NCBI GenBank assembly: GCA_963755705.1
Contig: CAVWKW010000001.1
Span: 165,884-229,883 of the forward strand
Origin: an uncultured delta proteobacterium
Lineage (GTDB): Bacteria; Desulfobacterota; Binatia; Binatales; Binataceae
Reading direction: 5' to 3'
Length of the DNA: 64,000 nucleotides
Shown here: piece after piece, positions 17,919-26,584 of the stretch
Layout of the letters: the number at the start of each line of letters is the position of its first letter
Position numbering within the stretch: the first letter of the stretch is position 1
Translations under genes and position numbers: made by a program
The notes under the pieces: model-generated
Told to the model about the DNA's origin: nothing
Database searches by the model: none
Seen by the model: only the letters and a program-made list of their open reading frames with translations

Positions 17919-20380
17919 CCTCGATGCCGCAAGCAGCGTCGCAGATCTCGGATATCGCGAGCGATGCTGTCCGCCGCTATGACGATCTCAAGCTTGAGAT
18001 CGCGGCGATCGGACAGACCGCGATGCTCACCTGCACCAAAGATAAAGATGAGGAAGGTGAGCGAGCGTTCCAGTCGGTGCTGGCGCGGCTCGCTGAAGAT
18101 CACTTCAATCTCGCCGTTATCGGTCCCTTCAGTCGCGGTAAGAGCAGCCTGATGAACGCGATCCTCGGTTTTCAGGGCCTGCCCACCGGCCTCCTGCCGC
18201 ACACCTCCGTCATCACGACCGTCAGTTACGCGCCACACGAACGCGTTCTCGTTCGGTGCGCGGGATGGCCGCTTCCGCAGGAGGTTCGACTCGATCAACT
18301 CGCTGAGTATGTAACCGAACGGGGAAATCCCGGCAATCGGCGGGGCGTGGCGCTCGCGGAGATCCAGTTGCCGGCCGAGATCCTTCGCCACGGCCTCTAC
18401 TTTATCGATACTCCGGGCGTTGGTTCCGCGATCGTCGCCAACACAAAAACCACGGAACGGTTCCTTCCCGAGATCGATGCCGCGGTCTTCGTCTCCAGTT
18501 TCGATTTCGCCGTAAGCGAGGCGGATATCGAGTTCTTGCGTACCGTTACCGCGACGGTGGGCAAGGTATTTTTCGTCCTGAACAAACTCGACCTCACGTC
18601 GAAGTCCGAGGCCGAAGAAGTCATCAGATTCGTCCGCGACCGGCTCGACCGCGAACCGGGTATTGGGCGCTACTCTTTGTTCGCTGTGTCGGCCAAGCGC
18701 GCGCTCGAAGCAAAACTACATGGAGATTCGGGTGCGCTAGCCCAGTCCGGGCTGATTGAACTGGAGGATGCGCTGGCGGCATTCACGGCCTCGGACAAGA
18801 CGCACCAATTGTCCGTGCGCGTAATGGACCGCCTGGTCGCTCTGCTGCAACGCGAACGCGCACACGCCGGTTTTGCTGTAGCTTCAAAGCGATCTTCTTC
18901 GCAGGTCTCCGAAGCACTCGTCGGGTTCGATGAAAAGGCCGCCGTCCTCAAAGTGCGATGCGCGGCACTCGTAAACCGCCTTGGAGCGCTGGGCAATGAT
19001 GCGCTGCGCGCCTCTCAACGGCGCCTCGACTTCGCGTTCACCAGCCTCAAGCAAAGCGCGACTTTGAAATTCGCGCCGAACTTTCTTACCGGCAGGATAT
19101 TTTCCAGGCCGAATACGCTCGATACTTTCACGCGCAACGTGTCCGTGTTTTGTGCCGGCGCGCTCACGCGCGATTTACAAGTTTACGAGGCCGCACTGAA
19201 CGAGCATTTGGACCGGACAGCCGGTCCGGTCCGCACCGAACTTCTCGCTCTACCCTATGAAGTCTTCGACATCGCGATGAATGATGAGGGCAACACTCGC
19301 GAGCTTTCAAAGCTCTCTGCGGAAGAGCCCGAGGCAGCGCCGCCTTCTGTGGGGCTCGGGGGGATCGCGCGCATCGAGTGGAGACCGCGATTGCCGTGGT
19401 GGATATACGTGGCTCCCCGGCGCTGGTTTCCCGCGGCGATGAAGAGACAGTTTGCCGTCGCGCTCGGCGACCTGCTCGCCCAATACCGGTCCCGTGTCGA
19501 TGCGATGATCCGCGTCGTCCTGAAGGAATATGCAGAGAAACTGAATCGCGAAACTGAGAAGGCAATCGACGTTCAAGTGGCTCGCGTGAAAAAACTTCTC
19601 GCATCGGGAGGAATCGAAAAAAGTCGTCAGGTGTTCGAGACGCTTCTGGAACGAGCTAGAGAGCTAAGACGACGACTTGGTGACAACCCTGACCGTGGAT
19701 CACTGCCTGAGAATAGCGCCGCGGCTTCCGTCAGGGTGCGAGCGTGTCCTGTCTGCCGCACAGTTCTGCGCGCAGTCTTCGACTACTTAAGCAAGCTGCA
19801 ATATGAGTTGAGCATCGACGCTGACGCTCAACACCGACACGCGAAGAACGGCGGCTTTTGTTCGATGCACACGTGGATTTACGCCAGCATGACCTCGCCG
19901 GTTGCGATCGCGCGGGCCTATCCCGCGCTGCTAGACGCGCTTGCGGCTCGTCTGGAACGTGCTGCGGGAGAGGCGGTATCGATCGCGGAGCTGGCTCACG
20001 ACATTGACGATCTGGCGCCGTCGAAAGAGACTTGCGGAGCGTGCGCAATCGCCCGTGACGGAACGGAGCAGTCGGTCGCGGAGGTCCTTCGGCGCCTCGA
20101 TTCAGACGGGCGCAGCGAGGTTCCGGCCTTATGCCTGCCGCATTTGGCGATCGCACTTCACCTCGGATCGGAATTGAACGGCGCCCGTTTGCTGACCTCA
20201 CGATGCGCGAGCGCGCTGCTACGGGCTGCCGAAGACATGCGCCATCACGCGCTGAAGCACGACGCGATCCGGCGCGGCCTTATGTCGGGGGATGAGCGCG
20301 ATGCGCATCACACCGGCCTCAGAAAATTAACCGGCGACATGCTGCTGACACTCCCGCCTCGAGGGGACGACCGCCTCTAA
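17915..20380 (+). CDS. Dynamin-like GTPase (bacterial DLP family) with C-terminal double C2CH zinc modules
   Basis: G1 GPFSRGKSS, G3 DTPG and G4 NKLD in dynamin order, followed by a long helical region. The C-terminus carries CPVC-x35-FCSMH and CGAC-x28-LCLPH. Confidence 0.8.
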   Translation: MTSMPQAASQISDIASDAVRRYDDLKLEIAAIGQTAMLTCTKDKDEEGERAFQSVLARLAEDHFNLAVIGPFSRGKSSLMNAILGFQGLPTGLLPHTSVITTVSYAPHERVLVRCAGWPLPQEVRLDQLAEYVTERGNPGNRRGVALAEIQLPAEILRHGLYFIDTPGVGSAIVANTKTTERFLPEIDAAVFVSSFDFAVSEADIEFLRTVTATVGKVFFVLNKLDLTSKSEAEEVIRFVRDRLDREPGIGRYSLFAVSAKRALEAKLHGDSGALAQSGLIELEDALAAFTASDKTHQLSVRVMDRLVALLQRERAHAGFAVASKRSSSQVSEALVGFDEKAAVLKVRCAALVNRLGALGNDALRASQRRLDFAFTSLKQSATLKFAPNFLTGRIFSRPNTLDTFTRNVSVFCAGALTRDLQVYEAALNEHLDRTAGPVRTELLALPYEVFDIAMNDEGNTRELSKLSAEEPEAAPPSVGLGGIARIEWRPRLPWWIYVAPRRWFPAAMKRQFAVALGDLLAQYRSRVDAMIRVVLKEYAEKLNRETEKAIDVQVARVKKLLASGGIEKSRQVFETLLERARELRRRLGDNPDRGSLPENSAAASVRVRACPVCRTVLRAVFDYLSKLQYELSIDADAQHRHAKNGGFCSMHTWIYASMTSPVAIARAYPALLDALAARLERAAGEAVSIAELAHDIDDLAPSKETCGACAIARDGTEQSVAEVLRRLDSDGRSEVPALCLPHLAIALHLGSELNGARLLTSRCASALLRAAEDMRHHALKHDAIRRGLMSGDERDAHHTGLRKLTGDMLLTLPPRGDDRL

Positions 20381-20426
20381 GCGTCTGCAAGCCGCCTATG
20401 CAAATGCGGAACGAGATTACTCGCGA

Positions 20427-21635
20427 ATGGATCGACAATCAGAGCCTGTAATTCGCGGAGTTGAGGACCTCGATTCCGGCACGCGGTTGTTCAACCGGAA
20501 CATCGCGGGCATGTGTTTGGCAAGTCTACTCTCCGATCTCGGGCATGAAATGGCGACCTCGATCCTGCCGCTGTTCCTGATCGCGATTGGAGCATCGCCC
20601 TCGGCGCTAGGAATTATTGAGGGCGCATCCGACGGAGCCGCGACGTTCGCCAAACTGCTTGGCGGCAGGATCGCGGACCACAAGGGTTTGCGCCAAAAGG
20701 TCGCAAGCCTCGGATATTTGGTGACGGGTCTTGCAACCGGATCGTTTGCTGCAGCGACGACCTGGATCGAGTTGCTGATTGCACGGACAGTCGGATGGTT
20801 CGGCAGAGGAACGCGGGGACCATCACGCGACAATCTGCTGGTCGATTCAGTGCCACGCGCGAGGATCGGCGCGGCCCTTGGGATCCATCGGACCGCCGAT
20901 ACTCTGGGAGCGATCCTGGGTCCGCTGGCCGCGATGTTCCTGCTCCATCGAATCGGGTTCCGTAACATCTTTCTGCTGAGCCTCGTGCCGGGTGTGCTTG
21001 CGGCTGCGGCTTTTTACTTCTTTGTCCGCGAACCCAATGGCGAGGCCGTGGCGCAAGGGCAGACGATTCAGGGTTGGGATGTGGCCCTGCCATCCCGCTT
21101 CCGAATGTTTCTCGCCACAATTTTGCTGTTTGGAGTCGGAGATTTCGCCCACAGCATGCTGGTGCTCAGGGCCGCACAACTGCTCGGATCAACACCCAAG
21201 GCGATGAGCATCGCCGTTGGTCTGTACGTCATCCACAACACGGCGCACGCCGCGTTGTCTTATCCAATCGGAGTCATAGGCGACCGGATCGAGCGCCGGC
21301 GCCTTCTTGCTGCCGCCTACGTGATCGCTGCGATCGCCGCGGCCGGTTTCGCCATCGGACCACACAGCGTGGGCGCATTGGCGGTGCTCTTTATTCTCGA
21401 GGGCGCGGTGATGGCGGCGCAGGAGACGCTCGATTCAGCCGTCGCGACCGATATGTTGCCAGCCGACTCGCGCGGGGCGGGATTTGGCGTATTGAATGCG
21501 ACGAGCGGAGTCGGCGACTTCGTGTCGAGCATCGTGGTCGGATTTCTTTGGACCGGCTTCTCTGGCCACATAGCCTTCGCGTATAGCGCAATCTTAAGCG
21601 CACTGGCGGCGGTAATGATGACTTGGGCGATCTGA
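20427..21635 (+). CDS. MFS transporter
   Basis: 402 aa, 12 predicted TM. G-R-(I)-xD-(R/H)-xG-R-(R/K)-type loop (GGRIADHKGLRQK). Confidence 0.8.
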   Translation: MDRQSEPVIRGVEDLDSGTRLFNRNIAGMCLASLLSDLGHEMATSILPLFLIAIGASPSALGIIEGASDGAATFAKLLGGRIADHKGLRQKVASLGYLVTGLATGSFAAATTWIELLIARTVGWFGRGTRGPSRDNLLVDSVPRARIGAALGIHRTADTLGAILGPLAAMFLLHRIGFRNIFLLSLVPGVLAAAAFYFFVREPNGEAVAQGQTIQGWDVALPSRFRMFLATILLFGVGDFAHSMLVLRAAQLLGSTPKAMSIAVGLYVIHNTAHAALSYPIGVIGDRIERRRLLAAAYVIAAIAAAGFAIGPHSVGALAVLFILEGAVMAAQETLDSAVATDMLPADSRGAGFGVLNATSGVGDFVSSIVVGFLWTGFSGHIAFAYSAILSALAAVMMTWAI

Positions 21636-22150
21636 GAGAAATAGCTGGGCCTGGTGACGAGGATGATGGATTCCTTTTGCGGAGCAGCCGCGCAAACCAG
21701 CACGGCAAAAAGCGATCGTCTGGGTCGCTGTCCATGAACTATTCGCACACGTTAAGACTTTCGATCGTGATGCGCGCGGTTGAGGACGCGGTAATCGAGA
21801 TCGAGCGCGCGCTTGAACCCGCATCGAAAGCTCCCCAGCGCGTGATGACCGATTATCAGAACGATCTCCCCGAATCCGCAAGGTTTGAGATGCGCAGGAA
21901 GCTTGAGGAGATTCGTAAAGCAATCCAGGATGCGAAAGATTGCTATGACTTGAACGTCGAAACCGTCTCTAATCGCCGGCGTCTCTCGACCAAATTGTCG
22001 ATTCTCGCGATCGATGTGACTGAATGCAGACCTGAGTATATGCGCGGCTACGGTGAGGTGGCGCACGAAGAGCACGAGCCGCTTGACCAGCGGATGTTAC
22101 AGTTAGAGGCTCTATTAAGCGACCTGAACAAACTTGCAAGCCAAGTCTAA
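21623..22150 (+). CDS. Hypothetical protein (true start probably internal, near 21734)
   Basis: ORF only. No recognisable motif. Confidence 0.3.
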   Translation: MGDLREIAGPGDEDDGFLLRSSRANQHGKKRSSGSLSMNYSHTLRLSIVMRAVEDAVIEIERALEPASKAPQRVMTDYQNDLPESARFEMRRKLEEIRKAIQDAKDCYDLNVETVSNRRRLSTKLSILAIDVTECRPEYMRGYGEVAHEEHEPLDQRMLQLEALLSDLNKLASQV

Positions 22151-22483
22151 AGCAGTCCCTTCTCAGGATTCACGCAGCGCAACGTGCATTCCGGCGCCCT
22201 GTTCGCTCCATCGAACGAACCGCATGCCCCTGCCGTGCCGTTGGTTAGGTTCTCTCATTTCCTCATTTCCGGATGGTGGGCGCACAGACAGATTGCCGCT
22301 CAGCACGGACGATCGATGGGTAATTCGTTGCCGGCGTCGGCGACGTGCACGAGGGGCTCGCAAGATATCTACTGACAGCCAGCAAGGAACCGCCGTCCCG
22401 TCGAGGTGCGGGTGGCCTCGCGTCGTTGTCCAACTTCGCAGGCGGTTGCTCGGAGCCCAACCGCTTCCGGCAAGCATGCTGAT

Positions 22484-22825
22484 ATGCTAAATAGCTCAGA
22501 GATGAAAACCTTGGGACAGTTTATCGTTGAGCGGCGCAAGGAGCTGGGGCTGGCGGGACGCGAGTTGGTGGCGGAGGTGCGCAACTCCGATGGCAAACCG
22601 ATCTCGATTCCGTTCCTGGTTGACCTCGAACACGATCGCCGCAAGCCTTCCGACGAAGTCCTTGAACAACTCGCCAAGGTTCTCAAGGTCGATTCGGATG
22701 TGCTCTACTTTTTGGCAGGGCGGTTTCCAGCCGACCTCAGCGCGACGACCGTCAACAGCGCGCAGGAACTCGCCGCGGGCTGGAAGGCGTTTCGGCGAGA
22801 AGTAAGGCGCAAGAAGAAGCCGTGA
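22484..22825 (+). CDS. XRE-family helix-turn-helix transcriptional regulator
   Basis: MKTLGQFIVERRKELGLAGRELVAEV has an HTH_XRE-like layout. Immediately upstream of an ImmA-like gene. Confidence 0.7.
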   Translation: MLNSSEMKTLGQFIVERRKELGLAGRELVAEVRNSDGKPISIPFLVDLEHDRRKPSDEVLEQLAKVLKVDSDVLYFLAGRFPADLSATTVNSAQELAAGWKAFRREVRRKKKP

Positions 22826-22894
22826 AGATGATACCGGACAGGACCGGGCGCTTTCCGGAGCGTCCGCACTGGGAGATTCCGCGAGCTTGAGCAG

Positions 22895-23489
22895 ATGTGC
22901 GAGGAGACGATTACCTCCTTTCTGCGCCAGCACTTCGGGTTTGAGCGCATCCCGGTTCCGACCGAAGCGGTCACGATGTTGATCGAGCGTGACGCCGCCG
23001 ACCTCGATTTGGCGACGAATCTGTCCGATGATATTCACGAGGTGTTTGGTTCACCCAGTTTCGAGCGCGGCGAAAAGCCGCGTGGTCAAAATCGCGCGGG
23101 AGCTGTGGGAGCAACGGCATCGTAACAATCGCTTGCGCACGACGCTGACCCACGAATATGGCCACGTGATGCTGCACACGTGGCTGTACGACAAGTACGG
23201 CGCTGCCCGCGGTCCCGACCGCTGTTACTGGCAGAGCCTGCTTCCGACCGAGCGGGTGGTGGACTGGTTTGAGTGGCAGGCGGGTTACGCCTCGGGTGCC
23301 TTGCTGATGCCGGAGAGCTTCGCGCGGCGCACGGTCGAGGCGTATTTCCAGAATCGCTCTGAGCGTCCGCCGGTCGCCAAGGGCTCGCCGGAAGCGTCAG
23401 CACTCTGCCAGCGTATATCCCTCGCGTTCGATGTCTCCGTCGAAGCCGCCACCGTGCGGCTCAAGCAACTCGGCTATCTGACCGAGTAG
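22895..23489 (+). pseudogene. ImmA/IrrE-family HExxH metallopeptidase gene with an apparent frameshift around 23050-23075
   Basis: Frame A (22895..) reads naturally to ...NLSDDIHEVFGSPSFERGE. Frame B continues ...KSRVVKIARELWEQRHRNNRLRTTLTHEYGHVMLH (HExxH) to 23489. The two ORFs overlap in different frames. Confidence 0.55.
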
Positions 23490-23764
23490 CTCCAACAACA
23501 AGCTCCCGACCATTTCGCGCCGACCGATCTTCGCGCTTGACACTCGCCCGATATCTCGCTACATAGCGAGTTAGTCACGTAGCCAAACATCGGCAGATTG
23601 CCCATGATCCAAGCCGCAATAGAGCAAGCGCCGAAATCGAACGTCAGATGGCTCATCGCCGCCTGCGCCGCCGCCCTGTTCACGCTTCGAGCCGAGCCGT
23701 CGCTGGGCCGCACCGATACGCAGGTGCCCTGCCGTGGGATCAGACGCTTGGCGCGATTCAAGAC

Positions 23765-23935
23765 ATGCTGGTCGGTCCCGTGGCTCACGCCGTAATAGTG
23801 CTGAACTTCGCCTTGTCGGCAATCCTATACGCGATCGGCAGCTACCCACGAGCAGGGCGCCTGCTGGCTGGCGGAGTAGCGGCTTGGGCCGCCCTGATCG
23901 CCGTCCAATTGCTGACTTACCTCGCGCCCTTCTGA
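23765..23935 (+). CDS. Small two-TM membrane protein (hypothetical)
   Basis: MLVGPVAHAVIVLNFALSAILYAIGSYPRAGRLLAGGVAAWAALIAVQLLTYLAPF. Lies inside the mobile-element region. Confidence 0.3.
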   Translation: MLVGPVAHAVIVLNFALSAILYAIGSYPRAGRLLAGGVAAWAALIAVQLLTYLAPF

Positions 23936-23972
23936 GCAGTCCTTTCCAAGCAACCATTGGTGGAGGTCCGAT

Positions 23973-24245
23973 ATGAAACTCGCACGCATCGCAAAGCCGC
24001 TTCGTTCCATACAGGTACGCGTGACGCTGGCCGGCGACCTGAATGCCGCCCTCGAAAGTTACGCGCGCTACTACGAGCACGTTCACGGCGACGCTGTGGA
24101 TTCGAAGGCGCTGATTCCGGAGATTCTCAGTGCCTTCCTCCAAGCTGACCGTGAGTTCCAGATTTGGTCACATTCCAGCGGTGGCAGTCATCATCGCCGC
24201 CCCAGTTCGTCTTCGTCCAACGGCAGCGCCAAGGGCCAATCGTGA
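23973..24245 (+). CDS. DUF2274-like protein (ICE/conjugative-element associated)
   Basis: MKLARIAKPLRSIQVRVTLAGDLNAALESYARYYEHVHGDAVDSKALIPEILSAFLQADREF resembles DUF2274 proteins found at the end of ICE transfer operons. From memory. Confidence 0.45.
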   Translation: MKLARIAKPLRSIQVRVTLAGDLNAALESYARYYEHVHGDAVDSKALIPEILSAFLQADREFQIWSHSSGGSHHRRPSSSSSNGSAKGQS

Positions 24246-24269
24246 CTGCCATCAGCGGAAAGTCGGCTG

Positions 24270-24440
24270 ACGTGCTTCGCACGTGTTTGGGATTGACACG
24301 TCACTCATCGCCTGGATGAACGCGATTCGTGCAAGTGCCCGTAAACATTGAGCAGACGCTGTCTACAGGAACACGTGCGAAGCCGTCTAAACCCCCGCCA
24401 AATCAGCGTAAACACCCGTCTACAGGCGGCTTTGGAGAAA
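24270..24440. promoter_or_regulatory. Candidate oriT/regulatory region: 12-bp inverted repeat GCTTCGCACGTG / CACGTGCGAAGC plus direct repeats (CGTAAACA x2, GTCTACAGG x2)
   Basis: Read from the sequence upstream of the RHH gene and the coupling-protein/relaxase genes. Confidence 0.3.
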
Positions 24441-24445
24441 CAGCC

Positions 24446-24790
24446 ATGAGCACCCGATCGATCTCAACCCGAGTCCCGGAAGAAATTGCCGATCAGCTCG
24501 CGGCCGAAGCGCGCCGCCGAAGCGTCACCGAGAGCGACCTCATTCGCGAGATTCTCGCCGCGCGCTATCTCGGCGCCGCTCTGTCAGCGATGGAACCTCG
24601 GCCAAAAATCCAATCGTTGGATGAGTACGCGCAGCTCATCTTCGAGATCGCCAAGACTCGCTCCGTGATCCTGCATTCGCTGGACCACACGCTGGGAGCG
24701 GAGGTGGTCAACGAGATCATCGACGCCGCCGAGCAGACCGCCAAGGAGCACGTCGCACAGGTGCTCAAGAGCAAGGAGACTTCGTCATGA
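24446..24790 (+). CDS. Ribbon-helix-helix (CopG/MobC-like) protein, possible relaxosome accessory factor
   Basis: MSTRSISTRVPEEIADQLAAEARRRSVTESDLIREIL has an RHH beta-strand-helix pattern. Directly precedes the T4CP. Confidence 0.5.
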   Translation: MSTRSISTRVPEEIADQLAAEARRRSVTESDLIREILAARYLGAALSAMEPRPKIQSLDEYAQLIFEIAKTRSVILHSLDHTLGAEVVNEIIDAAEQTAKEHVAQVLKSKETSS

Positions 24791-25060
24791 CGCCCATCAT
24801 TCGTCAGGCAATCCACGAACACGCCCTTTATGCTTCGCTGGAGTTCAGACTCAGAGAGGCGCTCCGTTACCTTCTCGTGACCGCGGCGCTTTGGGTCGAG
24901 ATGACCGTGTGCCTGGTCTGGCACTGGAGCGGGCCATTACGGCGGTCCGGCCGCGCATCGCTACTTCATCCGCTGGGTTCTGGCGTGGTTCCTGACCCAG
25001 GAGATTCCGCTGAGCTTCGCCTCGCTTCCCTATCGCGGCGGGCGCTACACCATCGCCAGC

Positions 25061-26581
25061 ATGTACGCCTTTCTCAATTACAAGTATTACCTCGGCGGTT
25101 CGTTCGCTGCATGGTACTGGCACTACGCACCATGGGGAGCGGCGCTCACCGGTCTGATCGAAGCCGCCGCCGTAGCGGTTCTCTTGGTGCGCCGCGGTCC
25201 GGGCGAAGCCAGACATATTCGCGGCGTCACTCTCGTTCCAGCGCGCAAACTCGCCCGCAGGCTGGGCGGCCGCGCGGGCATTCGGCTCGCTGGCGTTCGC
25301 ATACCGCGCGCGCTGGAGTGCCAACACTTTCTGGTCACCGGCTCGACCGGGTCCGGCAAGTCGGTCGCGATACGTTCGCTGCTTCGGCAGATTGAGCAGC
25401 GCGGTGAAACCGCGGTCGTGGTCAACCCGGAGTGCGAGTTCGTCTCGGAGTTCTATCAACCCGGGCGCGGTGACTTCATCCTCAATCCGCTCGATGCCCG
25501 TTGCCCGCGCTGGTCACCGTGGCGCGAGCTGCGCGATGAAAGTCACGACGCCGACTGCGAGGCGCTGGCCGCCTCGCTGCTCCCTGACCCACCGGACGCG
25601 TATCACGAGGGCGGAGCGAGCTTCTTTTTCCGTCAGAGCAGCCGGACGCTGCTGACCAGCATCTTCCGGATCGCCGAGCCCAGGGAAGCGTCGTCGATCC
25701 CGCGCCTGCTCACGCTGCCGCGGGCCGAACTCAGACGGGCGCTGGCAGGAACGCCAGCCGAAGCGCTGATCGATCCCGGAGCGCACGAGCAGGGCGCCGG
25801 CATCGTCGCTACCGCGGCAAACGCGACCAAGGCCTTTCACTACCTGCCTGAGAACGCGCCGCGAAGTTGGAGTGCACTCGATTGGTCGGCGAAGCGGTCG
25901 GGCTGGCTGTTTCTGACCTCGTCCGAGGAATCCAAAGACGCGGCGCTTCAGTTGCAGAGCGTGTGGCTGGATTGCATCATCCACCGGCTGCTGAGCCGGG
26001 AACTTATGCCGCGCCGACGGGAACAGGTCTGGATCGTTGCAGACGAGCTTCCGGTCCTGAGACGGCAAGCGAAGCTCGAGGATCTGGTCGTCCGCGGACG
26101 CAAGCGCGGGTTGGCGGTCGTGCTCGGCTTTCAGGCTATTACGCAACTGCGGACCATCTACGGCGTCAACCAGGCCGCCACCTTGGTCGCCTCGCCCGCC
26201 ACCAAGCTGATTCTCAGAACCGGCGAACCTGAGACCGCCCAATGGTGCAGCGCGCAGATCGGCGAGCGCGAGGTTGAGCGCGGCCACCTGAGCGCCAACG
26301 CGAGTCATCGAGAGCAATACTCGTTCGGTATCCGCGAACAGCGAACGACGGAACCGGCGGTGATGGCCGCCGAGATGCAGCTGCTCCAGCCGCTGTCGGG
26401 CTACCTCTGCGTCACCGGTCATCACCGCTCGTTGGTGCGCCTCGACTGTCTCGCACCACAAGTCCGACAGGAAGCTTTCATCCCGCGCGTCAATCCGCCC
26501 GCGCTGGTGAAGCCAGCGCGGCGATCGCAGGTGATCGCGCTTGGTCCCGCAGCGGCGTGCAAACGCAGGAAACGGATCTGA
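25061..26581 (+). CDS. Type IV coupling protein (TraD/VirD4/TrwB family)
   Basis: Walker A FLVTGSTGSGKS and N-terminal hydrophobic segment. An overlapping ORF 24787..25395 in another frame may be a frameshifted N-terminal extension. Confidence 0.8.
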   Translation: MYAFLNYKYYLGGSFAAWYWHYAPWGAALTGLIEAAAVAVLLVRRGPGEARHIRGVTLVPARKLARRLGGRAGIRLAGVRIPRALECQHFLVTGSTGSGKSVAIRSLLRQIEQRGETAVVVNPECEFVSEFYQPGRGDFILNPLDARCPRWSPWRELRDESHDADCEALAASLLPDPPDAYHEGGASFFFRQSSRTLLTSIFRIAEPREASSIPRLLTLPRAELRRALAGTPAEALIDPGAHEQGAGIVATAANATKAFHYLPENAPRSWSALDWSAKRSGWLFLTSSEESKDAALQLQSVWLDCIIHRLLSRELMPRRREQVWIVADELPVLRRQAKLEDLVVRGRKRGLAVVLGFQAITQLRTIYGVNQAATLVASPATKLILRTGEPETAQWCSAQIGEREVERGHLSANASHREQYSFGIREQRTTEPAVMAAEMQLLQPLSGYLCVTGHHRSLVRLDCLAPQVRQEAFIPRVNPPALVKPARRSQVIALGPAAACKRRKRI

Positions 26582-26584
26582 GCC

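Noticed and set aside
24787-25395. 202-aa ORF overlapping the start of the coupling-protein gene
   Set aside because: Out of frame with the T4CP and with unnatural composition downstream. At most a frameshifted N-terminal extension, so not called separately.
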